Virus record (IMG/VR): IMGVR_UViG_3300020274_000001
Location: 32,001-96,000 of that record
Strand: one strand, 5' to 3'
DNA: 64,000 nucleotides
Source: a virus
How positions within the stretch are numbered: the first letter of the stretch is position 1; every line of letters starts with the position of its first letter. Under the pieces are notes generated by a model. The model did not search any database. It was not told where the DNA came from and saw nothing but the letters and a program-made list of their open reading frames with translations. The translations under genes and the position numbers were made by a program. Below, piece after piece: positions 19,378-30,125 of this stretch.

Positions 19378-20013
19378 ATGTCAAACATAACTGATAATGG
19401 AAACCGCATGGTCGTTGATGACGACCTACATACCTACGCAATGGTTGCGTGGGTGGCGTCGCTGGCGCATAAAGACCAGCAACGTAAAACTGGAGGCGCG
19501 TATATTATGCACCCGTTGGGTGTATCGTGCCTAATCGACCCTGCATGGTCGAAACTTGATAACATGTGCGTGGCCGTTTGCCACGACGTCCTTGAAGACG
19601 TTCCACACATGTTGGATTACGCTAAGGAAGAACTCACTAAATATGGGTTTGGAATTAGTGCTGAAACAGAGCCTTGGGACTTCCTTTCCCCGAAAGGAAA
19701 ACTCACCCATTTGCTGGCTATATGCAGCAATGGGAACACGAGATGGGCTCGCTCTATTACTTCTAAAGTGATGGAACTTACGGTAGTTTGGCCTCGGCCA
19801 GACCATCCGGAAGATGACCCTAAAGACAAAGTTGCGAAGAAGGCGTGGGAAGTCGAGAGGATTCAGAACCTTTCGATGGATGCCGCATCCGTGACGAAGG
19901 CCGATAAGACCTTCAATTCGCTGAACCCAATCCCGGGTCGAGACCCGGTGAAGGAGGCGGCAAAGTATCAGCGATACTTTGACGCTGTTGACGCTCGAAT
20001 GTCGGAGGAGTAA
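19378..20013 (+). CDS. HD-domain hydrolase (RelA/SpoT-HD, Mesh1-like)
   Basis: AHKDQQRKTG.AYIMHP, HDVLED, KADK.FN. Confidence 0.8.
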   Translation: MSNITDNGNRMVVDDDLHTYAMVAWVASLAHKDQQRKTGGAYIMHPLGVSCLIDPAWSKLDNMCVAVCHDVLEDVPHMLDYAKEELTKYGFGISAETEPWDFLSPKGKLTHLLAICSNGNTRWARSITSKVMELTVVWPRPDHPEDDPKDKVAKKAWEVERIQNLSMDAASVTKADKTFNSLNPIPGRDPVKEAAKYQRYFDAVDARMSEE

Positions 20014-20045
20014 GACCGACTCGGTTCCCTAATGGGGGACCCCAG

Positions 20046-21083
20046 ATGTCAGACGACATTGAATTGTATGATGAGGTAGACCTCATCAAAAAGATGACGA
20101 GAGATTTGAAAAAATCGTCATCTTCATTGAAGAAACCGGAAGTTCGGTTTCTGGTTGATGCATACTACCGTATGCAGGAAAAGCGTATCCAATACGCCAG
20201 CCAGATTCGAACTATGAAGGAATTCGGTGAGCCGCACGAACTACTAACATGGTTCTACACGCAGGCTCATACCCTTGAAAAGCAAATTGCTGGAGCACTC
20301 GATGCTTACAGCACGAGCAATAAAGTGGGACAATGGATGCGAAGCATTCCGGGCATTGGTCCGGTAATTGCGGCTGGATTCATGGCTCACCTTGATATTG
20401 CTCCGTGGCGTTGTCATAACGTCGGACTCAAGGGCAAGAAAAACCTTCCTTGCACCGCTGAAAAGGGTGCCTGCACAGACAATTGTGGCCACGAGCCTAT
20501 CAATTACGCTGGACAATGGCACACGTTTGCAGGAATGAATCCTCGCATCCAGTGGGAAAAGAAAACACGCCGACCATGGAACACAGCACTCAAAACGCTG
20601 TGTTACAAGTTGGGTGAATCGTTCGTAAAGGTTCAAAACCATAAGGACGATTTCTACGGTCAAATCTTCGTTGCGCGTAAATCCCAAGAATGGGAGCGCA
20701 ACTTCAATGGTGAGAATGCCAAAGCGGCAGAACTTGCTTTGAAGAAAAACATCGGAAAGAACACGAATGCCTACAAGTGGTATTCTGGAGCAGTGGCCAG
20801 TGATTGGGCACGTTCAGAGTGGGAATCCGATAAGAAAGGACAGAAGTTTGGAGGAGCAACGCTCCCCAAGAAAGCAATTGTTGAAGACGGAACACCTATG
20901 CTTCCGCCGGCACACATTCACGCACGAGCGCGACGCTATGTCGCCAAGTTGTTCTTGTTCCACCTGCATCAAGTTATGTGGGAAGTTGAACAAGGTGAAT
21001 CACCGCCACCACAGGCTTTCTTCCAAGACAGTGAAAACATCATTGAGGTGCCAACTGTCTTCCCGAACTCTCCGTTCGTTTGA
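20046..21083 (+). CDS. Nop-domain RNA-binding protein, TasA-like (IS110 Tnp/Nop5-related, no nuclease domain)
   Basis: RFLVDAYY..Q..RI coiled coil, SIPGIGPVIAA, W.FAG..P, RPWN..LK, H..ARARRY..KLFL; no N-terminal DEDD RuvC or HNH. Confidence 0.8.
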   Translation: MSDDIELYDEVDLIKKMTRDLKKSSSSLKKPEVRFLVDAYYRMQEKRIQYASQIRTMKEFGEPHELLTWFYTQAHTLEKQIAGALDAYSTSNKVGQWMRSIPGIGPVIAAGFMAHLDIAPWRCHNVGLKGKKNLPCTAEKGACTDNCGHEPINYAGQWHTFAGMNPRIQWEKKTRRPWNTALKTLCYKLGESFVKVQNHKDDFYGQIFVARKSQEWERNFNGENAKAAELALKKNIGKNTNAYKWYSGAVASDWARSEWESDKKGQKFGGATLPKKAIVEDGTPMLPPAHIHARARRYVAKLFLFHLHQVMWEVEQGESPPPQAFFQDSENIIEVPTVFPNSPFV

Positions 21084-21272
21084 AGAAAAACAACGGCCCC
21101 AGTGGCCATAGAATGATGTCTTTTGAGACTGAACATGGATTGGTAACAATCCACTTTGATGATAAGAGTTTGATGATTACTTCCAGTAAGCAGGTAATGA
21201 ATATTGAACTCTTTCAAGCCTTCATTGGCTACATGGAACGTATTAATGCTGTTCCGGCTCAATGAGCCATAG

Positions 21273-21455
21273 ATGCTGTGTTATGCACGTATTGAAAAGG
21301 GTAGCGCATGGAAAATATGTGGTCACAAAATGAGTGACTACGTTCCATTTGCTGGACGCATGCAATGCCCTACTTGTGGAGTGAAAGGAAGTTTCCGCTC
21401 TCCAGAATATGTTGAGAATGAACCAAGATATATTTTGGTTAATCCAGCAGAATAA
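21273..21455 (+). CDS. Small Zn-finger protein
   Basis: CPTCG; hairpin-ATAG-ATG. Confidence 0.55.
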   Translation: MLCYARIEKGSAWKICGHKMSDYVPFAGRMQCPTCGVKGSFRSPEYVENEPRYILVNPAE

Positions 21456-21470
21456 AGGCCAATGGCCATA

Positions 21471-21605
21471 GAACCAACCATCATACAAGAATTGCACTAT
21501 GCACGAATGGTTCACAGAGCACGCTATTAATGAGGAACTGCAAAAGCGGCGAATGCTCATAGAACCAAATCAGAGCCAATGTAATATATTTGAAAAGTAA
21601 GGTTC
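21471..21605 (+). ncRNA. TIGR-like guide array, 3 units
   Basis: Spacers TCATACAA/CTATGCAC; TTAATGAG/AAAGCGGC; GAGCCAAT/TTTGAAAA. Confidence 0.85.
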
Positions 21606-21609
21606 ACAG

Positions 21610-21771
21610 ATGACACAAAAAAGTTGTCCGAATTGTGGAAAGGTCTACGAGACCGATTTCCCTACTCGTGAAGAAGCAGTTGCCAATGGTGGCACCGCTA
21701 TTCAAAGAGAGCAACACCAAACAGGAATCTGTTCCGACAAATGTTGGGATGAATTCCTTGGTCTTGCTTGA
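21610..21771 (+). CDS. Small Zn-finger protein
   Basis: CPNCG...CSDKC; ACAG-ATG. Confidence 0.55.
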   Translation: MTQKSCPNCGKVYETDFPTREEAVANGGTAIQREQHQTGICSDKCWDEFLGLA

Positions 21772-21791
21772 AACGGTCTTATGGACCACAG

Positions 21792-22037
21792 ATGTCGAAG
21801 CAAAACGACAAAGCATACACAACCGAAGATATCGGTAAAGAAGTAACGTTGAATATTGATGGCGTTGCTCTCAACGATGTCGTGGTCGAAGTTGCACTAC
21901 CCGGAAGGGGAAGCATCATCGGCCCTACATTTGTGTGCGCTCACATATTTGCTCGTCTGACTATGATGGAGGCCATGATGGCCGCATCAGCACACGCCAA
22001 CCGAGAGCGTGATGATTGGTCAGACGAAATGGCTTGA
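21792..22037 (+). CDS. Hypothetical protein
   Basis: Hairpin-ACAG-ATG. Confidence 0.55.
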   Translation: MSKQNDKAYTTEDIGKEVTLNIDGVALNDVVVEVALPGRGSIIGPTFVCAHIFARLTMMEAMMAASAHANRERDDWSDEMA

Positions 22038-22062
22038 TGCCAGACGGTCCTATGGACCACAG

Positions 22063-22200
22063 ATGAAATGTCCACACTGTGACAAATCTATCGCTGTCCG
22101 GCTTGAACAACCGGGCAAGAAGGCGGCTCGCCGTCGAACTCTTCGTGCCCGTAAGGCAGAGAAGTTGAGAGAAATCCAACCATCTAACGAAGAAGAATGA
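22063..22200 (+). CDS. Small basic CPHC protein
   Basis: Hairpin-ACAG-ATG. Confidence 0.5.
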   Translation: MKCPHCDKSIAVRLEQPGKKAARRRTLRARKAEKLREIQPSNEEE

Positions 22201-22215
22201 CCCAATGGGTCGCAG

Positions 22216-22803
22216 ATGTTCTCTAAAAAAGACATTTATGATGATATGATTGGCAATGCCAGTCCCGATGTTATTCGGTATATGAAGGAATATTACGGTT
22301 CACCCCGTAATTTCTTCAACGAAAATGAGGTAGAGGCTTACAACCCTAAACCTCAAAAGCCGAAAAAGAAAGGCACGGTAATCATCTATCGTGGTTTGCC
22401 CGGAAGTGGCAAATCAACTTCCATCTCTAAAAGGTTCCCGAACGCCGCCGTGTGTTCGGCGGACCACCATTTCTATGGTGAAGATGGAGAATACAATTTC
22501 AAACCATGGGAACTTCCCATGGCACATCAAGAGTGTTACTATAATTTCGTCAACCTTCTCTTCGCTGAAGAGGAATTGGTGATTGTAGACAACACGAATA
22601 TGTGTAGATGGGAGTATATGAATTATGCTCTCCTCGCCCAAAAGATGGGATACAAAGTGAGAATCATTTGCATGGCCCCCGGTCTGCATGATTCGACCTC
22701 TATCCCGACACTCGCCGAGCGAAACAAGCATGGAGTGGATGTTGATACCATCTGCAAAATGCAGTCTCGTTATGAACCCGAGTATGGGGAAGAAATTGAG
22801 TAA
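22216..22803 (+). CDS. P-loop kinase (AAA_33/N4BP2-like polynucleotide kinase)
   Basis: IYRGLPGSGKST, CSADH, VIVDNTN, RNKHGV. Confidence 0.85.
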   Translation: MFSKKDIYDDMIGNASPDVIRYMKEYYGSPRNFFNENEVEAYNPKPQKPKKKGTVIIYRGLPGSGKSTSISKRFPNAAVCSADHHFYGEDGEYNFKPWELPMAHQECYYNFVNLLFAEEELVIVDNTNMCRWEYMNYALLAQKMGYKVRIICMAPGLHDSTSIPTLAERNKHGVDVDTICKMQSRYEPEYGEEIE

Positions 22804-23552
22804 CGGTCCAATGGACCATAGTCTGGTAGTTACGAGGTGGCAATAACCCGCCTTAATCGTCCGAGGGTCGCTCCCTTGGGGCCTCGTAGCAACCTCGCTT
22901 GGGTGGAGGCTTTCCACCGCTTGACTTCCTCGGACTTCGGTCCTTGCCGTTCCCAAGACGGGAGGATTAGGTGGGTGCCAGACATCCAAGCGTAGATTAA
23001 AATGAGTATGAAATCGAAGACGCAGACTTTCGTGGTCTGCATGACTTTGATGATGTTCGGTCTTTTCACGACCGTCATCATGCAACTCGGCTAATGGCCA
23101 CAGAGCAACATGGGTAACAGAGGAAATCCATCACGCAAGTCTCGTTGGAGCGGAAAAGCCCATATTAAGGCTGAAGAGAAGCGAAGACGAAGAGAAGAAG
23201 CAAAACAAGCGATAAGGGAAGCACAAATAGAAAGGGTGGAATGTGAAAACGAAGTAATACTCTACCGAAGAATCCCTATTCGATATGATGGCGTAATACG
23301 CAATCATAATTGATTCTTAACGGCCAATGGCCACAGAAAACTGTTAAAGACAATCCGAAGTATGGAGTGACATGCAAGACTACCAAGTCCGATGCACCGT
23401 TGCGGCCATGCTTTATGTCGGAGGGCAAGTTAAGTCCTACGAAGAAGCATTGAAAATTGCAGACAGCATGTTGAATGCTTCTAAGCAGTATCAAGGTTAA
23501 TCGCACATATGTGCCAAAAAAAACCATAGAACAGGGCACAACATATGTGCCT

Positions 23553-23582
23553 CACGCACACTCATATAATGAAGGAGGAGAG
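23553..23582 (+). promoter_or_regulatory. Conserved promoter-like repeat, copy 3
   Basis: Identical 30-mer. Confidence 0.7.
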
Positions 23583-24716
23583 GACCACCAATCCAGAATC
23601 CTTCATAACCCGAGTGTCGCGGAATACTAATTCCGAATGTCACTCGGGTTAGTGTTATTTCATAGAAGGGAGTTTGCTCGAAGCCGAGCATCCCCACAGA
23701 ATACCTACGTGTAAACCCACAAGTGCCTCTTCGGAGGTTGGCCTAATCAGAGGTCCTCGGCGAAAGCCGACCTAATTGTGGTCTCGTAGGGGACACCACC
23801 CCTCCGGCTTGGCCGGTTGGAGTGTGGATTGTGTGTCTTACCGGGGAGTAGCATGAAGACTCCCAAGGTAGGGCTTGGGTATGGTCCGTTCAAAAGGACC
23901 ATAATGCGCAATTGAACACAAGAAGAAAAAAGACAGGAAAATAGTTTGCCGGTAATCAACCCGGGGCTATGGACGTGTTCGCCTTCGGGCGAAGAAGATG
24001 TGCCGGGAAGAGGAAACCCGGTTGTTCTTGGAAACATTACTGCCGTATTCTGGCTGGCACCAGAAGGAGTAGTGGAGAAAGGAGACCCCCTTGGGGGGAT
24101 ACGGAATCATGCTGGGCCTGCACTAACACTGCGGGGTTCCCGGTGATTCTAACGCGCCTGCGGGTTGATAACCGCAGGCCACCGACCATGACGTGAAAAC
24201 CAAAAGGTCGGCATCTGACACAACCGAGAAATCGGACTTTAGTAGATTAACACTCGAACGAGATTTTCTGAATTGTGGACCTGCCGGTTTAAGACCGGAC
24301 GGGCCGAAAGGTATCAATTGGACTGAGGGACCGCTGAATAAGCGGGTCGGCGTTTTAGTCGTTTACCGAAACAAGGAATGGACACGTATCAACGATAATG
24401 ACTTATCACCAATGAACGTCTTACGGTTAGTTCCGTTCCTGTGAATAACTCAAATGCTCTTGGAGAATGTAGCCGTAAGACGTTAAATTCTCTGTCAATA
24501 GAGCCTCCCCATGCCTCCCCGGATGGACACACGTAGATGATGAACTTATTTCATCCGCCACGCTTTGTGAAAGCAACTACGACAGCAGACAAGGAAGGAA
24601 CATCTTCCTTAACTGCATCATTGAAAGCACTTCACGGCGACATGGTGCGAAGAGGATATCCTCCGAGCACTACAACAACTAAAACAAGAGTGGATTGAAG
24701 TTCACTCTTTTTTTTG
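23571..24716 (+). ncRNA. Putative long structured ncRNA region
   Basis: No credible ORF; many GC stems; ends in hairpin plus T-run. Confidence 0.45.
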
Positions 24717-24779
24717 GGATTCGAAACATAGAATATGAAATTTATTTAGAATGAACGAACTCGAATCTCTTAGGTTAAA

Positions 24780-26264
24780 ATGTCAAACAAAAAGACAAAC
24801 AACAACCGCAAATCCGGTAATGCCGGAAAGGGAGGCAATGCCTCCAAGCGAGGAAACCACAAGCAGGGGCGCGGGAAACCAGCCTCTCGTGATGACCTCA
24901 AAGGTGGGAGCAGTAATGGTTACAACCATCGCTCTCCTATCGGAAATCGTAAGTCAAAGAGACACAACACTCACCGAGTGAGTGCTGATAAAGCCTCTGG
25001 CAAGCAAAACACGAAACCGAAGATGATGCCGAAAGGTAGAATTCCTCGGAACAGCAAGGCACCAATGGTTCCTTGGGTAGAACTTCCAAAGTCTGCTCAA
25101 GTCCACCATTACTACTTTGTTATTCGTGAATGTCTTGAAGGTGCTTACGAATGGGATGCGAAAAACAAGGCTCGAAACCTTGGAATTCGCCAACTCGACC
25201 TGCACGGCTCAACAGCCGGCTCTGTCGAGTCTATGTTGACCCAAACCGCTCGACTACGTCGTGATTGGAGAGCCGTTGTTGGTATTCTAAGAATGCTACA
25301 CGCGGACGACCTAATCTCGGCTTCATTTGTCGAGAAGATACTGAACAACCATCCTCTAACGGGTGCTAAGTCAGTAAGGGTCACCCAAGACACTGAATTC
25401 GTTAGCGATTACATTCGTGACAAGAGTTCTCTGTCGAACAAATCATGGGTAAAAGATGCGAAAGCATCGTATACTCGTGCACTCAAACGCATTCGTGCTG
25501 ATTGGGAGAAGGAAACGGTTGACGCTGAAAAAGCGAAATACCCAGACCTCTCTGATGAACAATACGCACATGCGGCCAGCGTTGCATGGAAAGCAATGTC
25601 GAATGACCGAAAGGCACCGACAATTGAAGTGGATGGTGAATCTATTCTGTGTAAAACAGAGGATGCCTTCGTTTCTGCTCACATGCAACGTCGAGCACGC
25701 AAGGAAGCCGCAAGGCTCCCTGCCCTATACCGCCTCAAAGGTGGAGTATCTTACAAGATGTTGGATAAAGACGGCGAGATTGTTTCTCGTTCCGACTTCG
25801 TTAACATCGAATACGCTGTAAGAAACAACGGCAAAATTTTCATTGCCGTCGTCAATGGAGGAGGAAGAGGAAAGGTGGCTAATTCACCATTCCGCTCCGA
25901 AGCATACAACATGAAATCCCGTAAGGGAGATGAGTTGCACATTGATGATGTTGGAACGCCCACAGAGGTGGAAACCAACGTAATTCAGCGTGAGATACCC
26001 GAAACCGAGGGAGCAAAACTCCCATCAGACCCTAAGCGTCTGAAAGAGGTTCTTGGTGACGAAAAGAGGATGAATAAAATCCTTGAACCGGACATGCATC
26101 TTCCCGTCGAGGAAGTTATTGACCGGATGAACCAAGCACAATGGGGAGTTCCTTCGCAATCGAAAGATAAAGCGAAGAAACGCTCAAAGAAGGCGACGAG
26201 AAAGGTGGACATGTCCGCTAACCGTCGTGCTGGTCGACGCTCTGACAAGAGCGAAGATGAGTGA
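24780..26264 (+). CDS. Hypothetical protein with basic disordered termini
   Basis: 494-aa ORF. Confidence 0.75.
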   Translation: MSNKKTNNNRKSGNAGKGGNASKRGNHKQGRGKPASRDDLKGGSSNGYNHRSPIGNRKSKRHNTHRVSADKASGKQNTKPKMMPKGRIPRNSKAPMVPWVELPKSAQVHHYYFVIRECLEGAYEWDAKNKARNLGIRQLDLHGSTAGSVESMLTQTARLRRDWRAVVGILRMLHADDLISASFVEKILNNHPLTGAKSVRVTQDTEFVSDYIRDKSSLSNKSWVKDAKASYTRALKRIRADWEKETVDAEKAKYPDLSDEQYAHAASVAWKAMSNDRKAPTIEVDGESILCKTEDAFVSAHMQRRARKEAARLPALYRLKGGVSYKMLDKDGEIVSRSDFVNIEYAVRNNGKIFIAVVNGGGRGKVANSPFRSEAYNMKSRKGDELHIDDVGTPTEVETNVIQREIPETEGAKLPSDPKRLKEVLGDEKRMNKILEPDMHLPVEEVIDRMNQAQWGVPSQSKDKAKKRSKKATRKVDMSANRRAGRRSDKSEDE

Positions 26265-26276
26265 TGTCGGGGGCCA

Positions 26277-26738
26277 ATGGCCCCCCCAGTGCAAACCGAT
26301 ACTAACACTATTGATTACACGCAAGCCGTCAATGACGGTATAGTCGTTCTTCAGAACGGCGTCCGGGTGCTTAACAGTTCACCCCACTCCTTCGTCTTCG
26401 ACGATGGGACTACGGTGCCGTCTTGCGGCATCAGCCTCAACTGTGACTTTGTCGAAAACGAGGCTAACCCGAAAGACATTTTCAGCGACCTCACGTTTGT
26501 GACGATTGCGAAGATGCCGCGAGCAGAGGGCATTGCGTTCCTCGACGTCGTTCCAATCGACGTTCTCGTGCTCGGGTCTGCACATGCGGCAGAAGCCTAT
26601 GGCTTTCCTGTCGTTATGCCGGTTCCAACACCGGATTCTAAAAGAGGCTCCTTCGCTGATAGGAGAGTCTGCTCTGACCGTTTCACGGTTACCCAGACTC
26701 CACCCGTTCGTTCGGGGGTCTCTTTGGACAGTCTTTGA
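26277..26738 (+). CDS. Hypothetical protein
   Basis: 153-aa ORF between hairpin signals. Confidence 0.6.
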   Translation: MAPPVQTDTNTIDYTQAVNDGIVVLQNGVRVLNSSPHSFVFDDGTTVPSCGISLNCDFVENEANPKDIFSDLTFVTIAKMPRAEGIAFLDVVPIDVLVLGSAHAAEAYGFPVVMPVPTPDSKRGSFADRRVCSDRFTVTQTPPVRSGVSLDSL

Positions 26739-26846
26739 GACGGCCAATGGCCACAGTAAACATACAAGGCGATGCCTGCGGAAACGCAGTCATCGCTTAT
26801 TTTTTTGGGCGAGATATTCATATACTCTCGCCGTAGAGGTAAAGAC

Positions 26847-27341
26847 ATGAGTCATTACACTGAAGTAAAGTCGGCATTCAGCAGTGAACACACTACTGAA
26901 ATGGTGTCGGCTTTGGAGGAATTGTGGCCAGAAGCCACAATTCTTGTTAGCGAAGAAGGAACCGCTAAATGCCGTGGATGGCCGGGGCAACAGCCCCGTA
27001 ACTGCCACGTTGTTGTTCGTTTCCGAAACCCAAATATCGAAAAGCAAGGAAACTATGATATTGGGTTCATCAAGAGAGCCGATGGCTCTTATGCGATGAT
27101 TTCTGATTGGTATGCTTGCACATACCCAGAAGCAACGAACGACCAAGGGCGAACCGGTTCTAACGCAGTAGAGGGAATGATTAAGCCACTCTACACTAAG
27201 AATCTGATGAAGAAGACTTTGAAGAAGAACAAGCGATTGCGAGGCTTCAAAGACATCAGTAAGAAGAACGACATTATCACAAAGAAGGATAAGAACGGAA
27301 AGAGTGTTCGATACGCTCGACTACGTTACCAAAGGACGTGA
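26847..27341 (+). CDS. DUF1257 (Ycf35-like) protein
   Basis: MSHYTEVK...YDIGF....GSY.MI.DW. Confidence 0.8.
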   Translation: MSHYTEVKSAFSSEHTTEMVSALEELWPEATILVSEEGTAKCRGWPGQQPRNCHVVVRFRNPNIEKQGNYDIGFIKRADGSYAMISDWYACTYPEATNDQGRTGSNAVEGMIKPLYTKNLMKKTLKKNKRLRGFKDISKKNDIITKKDKNGKSVRYARLRYQRT

Positions 27342-27345
27342 TTTA

Positions 27346-27564
27346 ATGGGTAAAACGAAATCAGAAATAATCGAGGTTCTAATCCCTGTGGATGACCCCG
27401 ATGTGCCCATCAGTATTGATGCGCTGAATTTCGAAGGTGACGCTTGTTCACTTGCCACCGCAGAGTTTGAAAAGGCTCTCGGTAAGGTCGAGTCGAAGAA
27501 GTTGAAACCAGAGTTTCGAAAGAAAAAGGTCAAGGCAAAACGCAACATTCAGTTGGGTAATTGA
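27346..27564 (+). CDS. DUF2997 protein
   Basis: F.GDAC..AT..FEKALG...KPEF. Confidence 0.75.
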   Translation: MGKTKSEIIEVLIPVDDPDVPISIDALNFEGDACSLATAEFEKALGKVESKKLKPEFRKKKVKAKRNIQLGN

Positions 27565-28200
27565 CCGGAGGAATATCCTCCATAGATGGAAGTATAACAA
27601 CCCATACGCTTGCGTGTGAATTGAATTAGTTCAATTCATACGCACTTGAAACCCTTGCCCTAATGGGGCGAGCATAATCCTCGTGAGGAGGAGGTTATGG
27701 AACGCAAAGACCCGAATCGTAATTACGTCTCCTTGGGAGATGTAATGCGACAGAGGCAACGGCAAAATTCAATTACAGCACCACAGACAAAACGTCCGTG
27801 CTCTCCTGTTTTTGACTCTGAGCACTATCCTCATAGAAAGCAGACGATATTAAAATAGACACACCACATAGTAAGAAGACCGCAACGTCTGCGTATAAGT
27901 CTTGGTCGAAAGGCCAACAGTGGTGTGTCGTTCGGTGAACGGGTGATGCCGCATCGAGGGGTCCGACAATAGAGGGCGAGAGCCGCATGTTTGACGGGGT
28001 TTCACCGCCTCGGAGTGCCGGAATATGGTGTCGCAACCATTTCACAAACTCAATTATCACGGACTTTGCTAAAGCGGTTATAAGCCGCAGGCGAAATCTT
28101 CTGAACCGAATATGGGAATACCACCGTCTGGTAAACGGCCCCATGTTCTTAGGGTGAAAACTCGAGGCATTGCGAGAGTGCAATGCATTCGATGACCATA

Positions 28201-28347
28201 CGAGTATTCGTATCTCGCGGGTCGCACAAAATTTCTCGCCAGACTACGTCTGGAACGAAATTTAGAAGCGACAAGAAGCGAATTCTAATGAATACTCCAC
28301 CTACGCACAATACACTCATGCACATCCCCGCGAGATACGAATACTCG
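28201..28347. repeat. 21-bp perfect inverted repeat
   Basis: CGAGTATTCGTATCTCGCGGG (28201-28221) and its reverse complement (28327-28347). Confidence 0.85.
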
Positions 28348-28504
28348 TGCCGCGGCATGCATGAAAGACGTGTAAGTTGTCTATGACGAGCATATGGCGT
28401 TGGAATATCTTCTAACGACTATTATGCACGGCGTGCACAAAGGTCCTATCGTAACGTTAGGGCCCATGGATATCTATCGAATGATAAAAACAAATTATAG
28501 TGCA

Positions 28505-30125
28505 GGAATATAGTCTTGCAACTTATAATGACTTAATCAACGAACATCCAATGAATATTTACCGGTATCTTGACACCCGTTGTTAACCAACAGTTGTCCT
28601 AAGTATTGGGAAAACCATTCGTTTGGTATGAAGAACCATTTGTTATTGAGCCAGAGAAGACTACGTGTCTTACGGTTAAACAATGGAGATGTAACAGAAA
28701 GATGTTCTAAGAGGAATTCTTAGAGCGTTTTTTGTCGACAGTATATAAAGACAGGAATTTTAAGCCTGCATATAAACATTTGACACCGACAAGATGTATC
28801 TTACCCGAGACGGTAAGGATACAACTAAAGAAGACTGAGGTCTCTGACGAGCACTCAATCTTCTCTACTTGTCTTCTGTTGCATCCATCCTTGTGGGACA
28901 TTGTCCCATTTTGCTTTCGCTACGGAAAGGAAGTTGCGTAACTGCGACTTACCCTCCGATGAGGGAGCGGCGTCCCCACCATTATTTGGCTGGGATGTTA
29001 AGGAAAGTTCGTCCAACCCGTCCTCCTCACTTGAGGTGGAAGGTAAAGACATCTCGTTGGTTCCAAGTGACTCTGCATGTAAGGTTGTAACCTCTTGCAA
29101 GGTGTCACCACCATCACTGGAAAGAGACGTAGAATCTTCTACATTTTCTCTTTCTTCGGCGATGGAATCGGTAGTGTTCTTGGACATAACCAGAGGTATG
29201 GTTTCCGAAATATATACATTTCGGGACAATATCTGCTGTAAAACATATTCCAAGGACAAATTGTGGTATTGAACGATACTGCATTCCCATAAACAGGTAG
29301 CAAAGTTCCTCAAGAGTTTTGCTAATACAGTGGCATCATACTGACGTCACAAGTAATCCAGAGATACTCTGGGCATAACCTGCAATATAGGGTAAGAAGA
29401 TATTCTAAGCACAATTGGTGGGTATCCCCACCCCGTGGCCATCTCAACTGGGGCTCTTCGAACAGAGGAGTATCCACAAAAGGTGAATACGGAAAGGCAA
29501 TTTGCAATTGCAAAATTCTTGTTGATAAGTAATTCAACAGGGCAGTGATATCGATGATGATGGTAGTCACTCTATTGATAGAGTAGATAAAGCCAATATA
29601 GTCAACAAAGATATTCTAAGTGTATTAACTATTGTAAAGAATAAGTTTTGCCACGCTCGCGTCTCATGATGTTAGTTGGTCAAAACTGCAAACTAAAGAA
29701 AATGGAATTACGACCGTATTACGACAAGCCGGCTCGGCTTGAGTTTGAGAAAGGTCGTGAGAAACATAGTCTTTGAAGAATAACATAAGGATAGGACATT
29801 CTTATTCAAGAGTGGAAGTATACCCGGTGACCTGACTTTATTGTCAGGGAGAACACAAAAATGTAGAGCAGTCTATCGAATAGACATTGAAATCTACGTA
29901 ATAACAAACCGGCTTCACGCATGCGCAAGAAGAACAACATGTTCTTCCAGCATATGCGGGTTGGACTAATGCTTGAAACATATTCTAAGACTATTATTGA
30001 CATGAAAGGTCGCTTCAAACGTTCCACCCCGGTGGGACCTCTGTGAGCACTACTTTGTTCGGAAGAAAGAAGAGGCGAGAAACGATTCTGCCTTGTTTCA
30101 GAACCATGTCAAGAACATATTCTAA
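28505..30125 (+). repeat. Dispersed AA(C/G)ATATTCTAA motif array
   Basis: Copies near 28505, 28698, 29241, 29397, 29608, 29762, 29975, 30113. Confidence 0.7.
28855..29187 (-). CDS. Possible acidic Ser-rich small protein
   Basis: 110-aa ORF occupying a gap in the motif array. Confidence 0.35.
   Translation of the reverse strand: MSKNTTDSIAEERENVEDSTSLSSDGGDTLQEVTTLHAESLGTNEMSLPSTSSEEDGLDELSLTSQPNNGGDAAPSSEGKSQLRNFLSVAKAKWDNVPQGWMQQKTSRED

Noticed and set aside
20046-21083. IS110 insertion sequence transposase
   Set aside because: No DEDD RuvC domain or catalytic-serine motif, and no IS ends seen; fits a Nop-only TasA better.
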